A stretch of DNA of 64,000 nucleotides, from assembly GCA_976551045.1 (NCBI GenBank), contig CDPCPM010000281.1:1674001-1738000 (forward strand), in the 5' to 3' direction. The number at the start of each line of letters is the position of its first letter. Positions within the stretch are counted from its first letter, which is position 1. Source of the stretch: Glaucostegus cemiculus (lineage: Eukaryota). This document shows, piece after piece, positions 40,101 through 49,100 of the stretch. The notes below the pieces were generated by a model, which saw only the letters and a list, made by a program, of their open reading frames with translations, was not told the origin of the DNA and did no database searches. The position numbers and the translations under genes are program-made.

Positions 40101-43100
40101 ATGGACAGCTTCATTGTGTGGTATTGCTGCATGATACTCAGATTCCAAAACAGAAAATGTTAGAAACAGTGTTCAGGTCAGGCAGGCTCTGTGAAAAGAA
40201 AAATTAATGTTTCAGGCCAAAGTCGAGTTTATTGTCATTTGCACAAGTACATGTATGCACAGGTGCAATGAAAAGCTTACTTGCAGCAGCATCACAGGCA
40301 CATAGCATCATATAAGCAGCATTCACAAGAAAAGGCATAAATTGAACATAAATCATACACAGCTTTTACAAGAAAGAACACAATTAGATCAAAAAAAAGT
40401 CCATTTTAGTGCAAAGTGGATTGCTTTCAAAGGAATAAATTGAAATTTCTAATTATTTTACAGTAAATATATAGAAAATGTGCCATAGAAATTCAGGTGT
40501 TAGCAAAAGTGTAATTGGCTAGTTTGAAAATTTTACAATTAAGGTCAACTATCAAATAGTAAAAGTGTACCAATCAATACATTTTCATTAAGACAAGAGG
40601 TTTGAGCTATTATTCATAGATCATCTCTATTATTTATTACTGTTTATTTGCAATAGCATATTCTTATCTACATTCTTCCCAATCACTCTCATTTCTACCC
40701 AGAATGGTGTATATTTTTGTTTTTCTTGTGTTCACTTTTATTTTATTTGCAGTTTGCAAGATATGGTGACAAAGTATCAAAGGAAAAAGAATAAAACGTG
40801 AGGACCATATCAGAATGCCTTTAAACATGTATCCAGATCTAACCTCAGCATGCCCTTAAAAATGACATTCAACATTTATATCTGCATGGCACTACTTTTA
40901 AAGCAGAAGAATGCATGTGTGTATAAGCCACAATAACGCTATCATATGAGATCTCTGCTTTTTCAAGAGAGAGTGCCATACTGACTAATTTAACTGAGGC
41001 TTGCAATGGCATAATTGTATTAGTTTTAAAGGACATGAGTTCTCAAACATGTATATAAATTGAAAATAAATGGACTTTTACCTAGTAGTGAAGCATAATG
41101 ATAGTATCTATTTTACATAGTGCTAATATCTTTTTTTTTAAAAGTGTGCTGGTAAAGCTTAACTAATAGGTTGCCATTCGAGAATTAAGTATGACACAAA
41201 CTGTAATTTGGTTTCTCTTACAGTGCTAGCAATTAACAGTAAAACCACTGTAAAAAAGCAAGAGTGCTAAAGTTGAGGTTTGAAAGAAGTACGGATTCAC
41301 AACTGATAAGTTTTATCCAATGTTGTACAGCTGTAATAATGAATTGAATGGTGGATGCTGTCTACCTCGGGCAAGGTCCCGCATGGCATCCAGTGTGAGG
41401 TATCAAATTGGATACAAGATTGGCTTGGTGGTAGGAGGCAGAGGGTGGTAGTGGAGAGTTGCTTTTCGGATTGGAGGCCTGTAACCTGTGGTGTGCCGCA
41501 GGGACTGGTGCTGGATCCTTTATTGTTCATCATATACAGTATATTAATGTAGGTGGCATGATTAGTAAGTTTGCAGATGACACCAAAATTGATGGTGTGG
41601 AATGAGCAGGTCACCTTAAGTTACTACAGGATCCGGATCAACTAGGAAAGCAGGCAGGTGAATGGCTGGTGAAATTTTATTCAGATAAGTACGAAGTGAT
41701 GCATTTTGGTAAGTTAAACCAGGCCAGGACGTACACAGTGATTGGCAGAGCCCTGAGGAGTGTTATTGAACAGTAAGACTTTGAGATGCAAGTACCTAGT
41801 TCCCTGAGAGTGGAGACACAGGTGGACAGAATGTTGAAGAGGGCATATGGTTTGCTTGCCTTTATCATTCGAGGCATTAAGTATAGGAGTTAGGGCATTA
41901 CATTGCAGTCAAATCATTGGTTAGGCCACACTTAGAATTGTGTGCTGTTTTGATCTCAATGCAATAAGAAGAATCTGAGTAAGCCAGAGGGGGAGCAGAA
42001 AAGATTCACAGGAATGTGGCCTGATTAGGAGAGCTTGAGTTGTAAGGAGAGATTGGATAGACTGGGACTTTTTTCCCTGGATCAAAGAAGACTGAGTGGT
42101 GACCTTTTTAAAGGTTTATAAAATTATGATGGGTATAGATAGTCATAGTCTTTTCTTCCTATGGTGGGGGAGTCTAAAACTAGATAGCATAGGTTTAAGA
42201 TGAGAGGGAAAAGATTTAAATGGGACCTGACGGGCAAGTTTTTCATAGAGAGGGTGTTGGGATATGGAACAAGCTGCCAAAGGAGGTGGTAGAGCCAGGT
42301 ACAGTTAAAATATTTAAAAGACATTTGGACAGGTACATATATAGGAAAGGTTTAGAGGGACGTGGTCCATATTGCAGGCAAATAAGATTTGTTTAGATAG
42401 ACATTTTGGTCAGTGTGGATGACGTGGGCCAAGGAGCCTGTTTCCATGGTGTATAACTCTATGAATCCATGGAACCACATAATTATATTGTATTGCAGGA
42501 AACATTAAATTTTCATTTGTATTGTGCCTTAAACTGTATCTGAATTTATGACAGCTGTGTTTCTATCTCAAATATATTCTAAAATTTAGACTGTAAAAAG
42601 TGGAAAAAAAATTCTCCCCTCAAAGCAATCAGCTAAGTCTGACTAAATCTTCATTCTTTTATATCTTTGCCAATATTTTCATTCTCACCAGCTCTGTAAA
42701 AATCTGATGTTTTGTACCACTGTGCCTGTTGTCTGGATAATTATTTATCTATTTATTAATAGCAAAGTGACAGGTGTGTCTCCAAGTCTGCATTTCACCT
42801 AGCTGAGCATTTTAAAACTTGCCCTTTTTTGAACTCTCGTTTTTAAGTGAAAAGAATTCAATAAACCAAAAAGATCTCCACATTTATGGCACTCAAATAT
42901 GAAAGTTCACCAGAAATCAACTCTTTCTTATGTGCCTATGTAAAAATGGATTGGGTAAACTGAGTGGTGCAGTAGGTTGAACACTGATGTTTCATCTCTT
43001 GACACCTTTGATCAAATCCTGCCTGCATTATTGTGATGAGTTTCCACTGTCTACTCTTTTCAGGGTCCCATGTTAGCTAAGATTTAGACAGCTTCAATCA

Positions 43101-46100
43101 ATTTCTTAGTAGGCAAAAAGTACAATAACTTCACCAAAATTAGCACCTAAATGGTAATTCCAAATTAACCACATGATGATCATTGATGGAAACAATTTTT
43201 TTTAAACTGGTGGCATTGCATTAATGCTGACTTTAGAAGTGAAAGATTAAAGGTTTCTCCCCACAATGAGTGTCCCTCACCTTAGACATCAAAAATTTGT
43301 TGCAAAGCAGCTTATATTTGAAGATCTGTATTAAAGGATTACATATATTTATTTTCTTCAGAAGATTGGGGCAGTTATTACCCACTTAGCACAATGCTGC
43401 ATCAAGATGTGATATTGTTCATGAACCTGAAGCACAGAAAGAGATGAGGCATTTTGACTGTAAATCATTATATATTGTCTGTAGGATCTGGGCAACATAT
43501 GCAGAAGGAGTTTGGCTTGACTTCACAGTTTCAGTAATAATGAACTGCTCCCAGACACTTAGAACCATAGAACCATACAGCACAAAACAGGCCCTTTGGC
43601 CCACCAAGTTGTGCCGTCCTTCAAGCGTCACACAATCTAACTCTTTCCTCCCACGTATCCCACATTCTTCCATGTGCCTATGTAACAATCTCTTGAACCT
43701 GTCCAATGTATCTGCCTCTACCACCACCCCAGGCAGCGCATTCCACATGCCAACCACTCTCTGGGTGAAAATCTTGATGGTATTTATTTTGGAATGCACT
43801 TAGGCTGTCTCCTGGGATCAAAGATGGGTTCTGAGGTGGCTAATGAGGCCTGTGTGGGAACTGTTTAAACTGATAGAGCAGGTAGTTTGTGATGTGTTGC
43901 ACTGCTTTTGCTTCTTTCACAAGACTTCCTATGTGCATCACAGCAGGGAGAATATAGGGCACAAAGCAGGACTGCCGGAAAAGAGAGCAAGTGGGATAGA
44001 AGAACTCAGCATGAGGCCATTAGCACATAGGAGGAATGCTTCCTGAGAACCGTGTGTGAACGGAAGGATCTTCTTGCTGAAACATGCCACACTTTCTAGT
44101 CTCAGAATACTTTGTCAATGCTGTCAAAGTCTCCAGGGCCATGAGTGTTAAACTATTGGCTTTTTTCCCAGACAGTACCAGGTTATCTACAAATTAGTAT
44201 ACGGGAGCTCATGGATGTTATCTAAAATAAGTAAAAAGACAATTTAAGCTGAAAGATCCCATTTAAAAGCATTTGAGACTAAACTGTACATCCCTAGAAA
44301 GAGGCAAGGGGATCATGTTGTGTGATAACCCTGTCTAAGTTTGACCTGATATCCCTAGTACATCAAATCTATCACAAGAGAACCATGTATATTTCATTCT
44401 TCTTTGCCAGTGAACAGCATGTGATGATGCACATGACTTCACAAGAGTTACAGGCTGCCCCAAGTTACAAGATACTATTAACTATATCAAGCTATGATTT
44501 TTCAACTTGGAGAAATATTGCAAATAGAATAGATTTCATTCCCTCATTTATTACTGGTCTGTAGTCATCCACTGGGCATGATTTCATCATTCCACTGCAG
44601 TCTGTTGTACCATTTGTATTTGAACCACCAAGACACATTAGAGGGTAAAAGATAAAAACGTGATCATTTGGCTCATGTCTCTGGTGTGTGATCCTCACAT
44701 GAATGCCCATTGCATATATAATATGAAATGCTGTGGAGCAAAAAATTGGCATGCCTAGTCAATGATTTTACTGCTGAGATTGCACTAGAGAAGTTTTGCT
44801 ATATTGCTGTAGGTCAGTCTCAAGATTCAATGCAGTCTGCTATATTCTGCACAATCTTGCTGTTATAAATTCTTGGCCTTTGTGTCCTGTTATGTAACCA
44901 GCATATGATAAGGAGGAAGGGGCAATTCAACCTAACCAGTTCCCTTTTGGCCTTTCTCTGATAAACCCATCAGATTATGCTGCAAATCAACACAAACTCA
45001 ATTCTCCATCGACCTATAGTTCTGATTTTCCTTCCCTCCATGGTGCACTAACTATGGAGCCTGTGCTCTCCTGTGTTGTGCCATGAGTCATTCAGCAGGT
45101 TGCAGTTACTGACTTCTATTACCTACAACAGCCACAATGCATTTCTTTTTAAAAGCAGACCAGATTAAATCAGTACATGCTTATTTTAACTGATGCACAC
45201 AAAAATGAACCACCTGCTCTGACAATAAGGCAATCTACAGTGTATTTAGCATTGGATTGTAATAAAGAAGTAGGATTAATTTGATGTGCTAGGTATATCA
45301 GGTCAAACTTGGACAGAGTTATCACACAACATGATCCCCTTGCCTCTTACTAGGGATGTACAGTTTCGTCTCAAATGCTTTTAAATGTGATCCTTCAGCT
45401 TAAATTGTCTTTTTACTTATGTTATTAGACCCGGTCTAGGATCGCTGGATTAGAGTGGGCAAAGTCAACCAGGCTGCCTATTTTGCCCAGTTACTTGGTC
45501 ACAAGTTACTTCGTAATACCTGATGAACATGTAAAAGTGTTCTTTGTGTAGGCACAGTTGAGTTTGCTGATTATTAATCTTATTAGTGCATTTATTGGCC
45601 TGTCAATCTTATTATTACTATTTCTATGTGAAGGATAGCCTTTTGCATAAGGTTTTCATAAGAAAGAGAGGGTGAAATACTAAAAGAAAACTGGGATACA
45701 ACGTCCCCTTGCTCAAAATCAACCAATTGTCTTGAAGTTTCAGATCATTGTTTTATAATAACTAATGTTTACATTAGAATTAAAGTTTTAAGTGGAATAG
45801 TAGATAGGTCTAACTGCATTTGTTACCAATTACTTAAAAGCATTAATTGATGTATGTGAAATAATATAGTTAACTACTAAAATCAACAGCAGCTGGAATA
45901 TAACATATAATACTTATTGAAGTGGATTACCTTGCTTCTGCATGAGTGTTTTGTACTCTTATTTTTATTACCTGAATACATCATTATTCCTTAAGAGAGG
46001 AATTTATAAACATGTCTTTTCAATCCATTGGAACAGTGAATGTGATTCAGACACAGACTCTGAAGTTGAAAAACGTGTGGATGGTGTCAAATCCTGGTTG

Positions 46101-49100
46101 TCAAAAAACAAGGGCTCAGATGATGGAAGCCTAAAAAGCTCAAGGTCAGTCTAAAATCTGAATTAATTCAACACATTTTATATACACTGTTCAATTCTGA
46201 AAAATACATAGTGATATTCTCACTAATATTATCTTTCAAGAAGATCAAATTGAATATTATTTTCCTACATTAATAACTGCAAAGCTAAGACAGCTTTCCA
46301 ATTTTTTCTAGTAAATAAAATCAAACAGTTGTTGGGGATTTACCTCCCATTTGTCATCCAAATTGAGCCATCACAAGTACCTACTTCAAAAGCTATTTTT
46401 GAGTGCTTTTCCTTTATCTTTTACTTTAACTGTCCATTACTGTTGTATTTGTTCTATGAATTCTACTTTATGATTCATTTACCTTGGTTTTCTTTTCCTT
46501 TGTTTCCCCATCTTCCTGTAATCAGATTTTCTGTTAGTTTAGACCTGAAAGAGGGGAAGGAAGGAAAGGAATTAAAGGAAGGGAAAGAAGCAGAGGACTC
46601 TAGACCTACTTCTGTAATGAGTTCCCTCAGCTATCGTAAACGAGGGAATATGAAGGACTCTCTCGGTGGTAAAAGCAATAATGACTCGCTTCTCTCAACG
46701 CTAAGTAAAGAACGGTCAATGTCACCTGAGAGATCATTTCGAAAAGCAAAGAAAACCACCAGTACAGACAATTTAAATGACAGCTTTTCTACTACTTCAT
46801 GGAAAAAATTCCAAGCAGCTGATGACTTAGACGATGGGGGATCTATTATTTCTCAGGCATATTCAGAGGCTACGAGTAGAGCAAGAAAAGGGTTAGACAG
46901 GAGATGGGCCTTGACCAGTCCTGACTTTGACAAAGTTTCTACTGTATCAGTTCCTGTAAGCCGAGCCTCCACAAGACGAGGTTTGGAAGCTGATGATGAT
47001 GCTAAATCATCTGTGAGTTTTGCTTTAACCAGTCCTTCATCTAGTTTGAGACGAAGCCTTTCACGACTCGATGACAGTCGTAGTGATATGCTCAGTCCAG
47101 TTAGTCCTTTGCTCAACCGTAGATCAGAATTAGGACTACAAAGCCCAACACTTAGTCGTATAGATACAAGATCATCCATTTCAAGGAGTAGATTGGGTGA
47201 GTTGGAAGATGATGACGATGCTGCACTAAGTGTGGCACTAAGTGAAAGATCATTATATGGGCAGCATTCTGTAGGGCGAAGTTTCAGTGTTCCTCCCAGA
47301 CCTAGATCATCTGTTTCAGATGAAATGCTACCAGAAAGTTCGGATGTCAAGCCAGTAGGTCACAGGACTTACTTGGATCCAGCATTAGAGGCTGCCATTA
47401 ATGAGGTTCTGGATTATAAACCAATTATATTTAAAAGAAAAAGTCTAGACCCGGAAGCTGATGAGAATGAGGAAGAAATAAATAAGCAATCAACCAGCCT
47501 TCAGAGATCATCATCCTCATTAGATGTAAGTAAATCCCAAAATAAGAAATACAAAGGCAAGAAAAACAGAAGTTCTGATTCTGAGTCGTCCACATCAGAG
47601 GAGGACCATCGAAGGAAGGGCTCCAAGAAACACTCCAAAAAGTCTAAGAAAAAATCTAAAAAGAAGGAAAGTGACTCCGAGTCATCAGAATCATCCAGTT
47701 CCTCCTCTTCAGGCTCCACAGTCTCGTATCGAAGTATCAACAGTGTCAAACGGGGTACGAAGAAGAGAGAAACTTATTCACAAGACGATGATGGTAAAGA
47801 AGAGAAAACTGATGAAAATTCTGGAAAGAAAATGAAGAAAAGTGACAAGAAGCGAATGAAGCAAGTAGACAGTGTGATGATGAAATACTTGTACAGACCA
47901 GAAAGTGATTAGTGAAGTAGGTTTATCTGAATCTCTGTGTGAAATTGACAAGAGATGCATGATTAATTCACTTTCCATAACAGCTACTAATATTGAAAAA
48001 TAAGTAGGCTTATACAGTTATCAATGTGTTCTGTAGCAATAATGAAGTGGCATGGGACAGAATTGGGTTGTACTTTGGATTAGTTATGAGGCTGAATTCA
48101 AATCCAGCTCTTATTCGTGGGATGAAAGTCTCCTGTTTCAGGTATTGTGAGGGTCCTAGGTTAAATGAGTTGGGACAATTCAATCAATTGCTAATGGGTG
48201 TGGGTCTGCAGCAGAGGCCTGCCTGTAATTAGACTCTATTGGTAATTACAGAGGCTGCATAATGGTTAGTGTGTGAAATGAATAAAATATCTTATCAGTA
48301 CAGAAGCAGGCAAATTACTGAGGTTGGTGCAGAATAGAGGAAGCTTTATATTGCAATTTACTGCTGATACTGGGTAGAAGTAATTTTAACCTAACCAAAC
48401 ATCTACTTTTATTGTCAAGTGAAGTGTGAATAAAACTGGGTGGGAGGCATTAACGTAAGGTTCCCCCCCACCCCCAAAAAAAGGAAAAAGATGAAGGCAG
48501 TCAGCAGGCCAAATACTGTTTTTCTGTCCAGCAGGATAGGTTAATATTAGCCCTGGGATTCTGTTTTTAAGTAAAGGAATTGGAAAAAAGTGAGAAAACA
48601 AGCAAGTTTAAAGTTGCAAAGAAAAGGATGGTGGAGATAACAGAGGGATTAGGATGTAGAGAAAAGTTGTAAAGAGATCAACAACTTTAAGAACCTGCAG
48701 TTGCATACAAAAGAGAAAATAAAGAAATGCGTTGAAACAGAAAGATATGGCCTCATGTGAGATAGAGGGTCAAAAGATGCCGTGGATGGTGGTAGGTAAG
48801 AGGTAGAAGGCAAAGTGTTGTTTCACTTGTGGTTGCTTGGGAAACTGTTATGAGAAGGGGAGTTGTTGGCAGAGATCAAAGTGTACACTAGGAGTTGTGA
48901 ATGGAATGGTTTCTCTAGAATGTTGAAGGGGAAGAGAAGGGAGGGAAAAATGTGTCTGATGGTGAAATCCTGTTGAAGGTGGTGGAAATTATAGAGGATG
49001 ATCCACTGAACATGGAAATTTTTAGGTGAGGATAAGAGGAACCTTGTCATTCTTCTGGATAGGAGGTGAGGGGTAAGAGCACTGTTTTTCTGTCCAGCAG

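Noticed and set aside
45360-45400. Hammerhead-like CTGAAGGA...GACGAAAC on the minus strand of the inverted-repeat arm
   Set aside because: The core does not fit CUGANGA, there is no convincing stem II, and the other arm has GACTAAAC.
46329-46525. N-terminal hydrophobic part of the 527-aa ORF as a standalone membrane-protein gene
   Set aside because: It starts at TTG and is just the intronic pyrimidine tract read in frame. The real coding part starts at the splice acceptor.
46853-47978. Antisense ORFs (165, 82 and 66 aa) over the gamma exon
   Set aside because: Shadow frames of a low-complexity Ser/Lys/Asp-rich exon with no independent signals.
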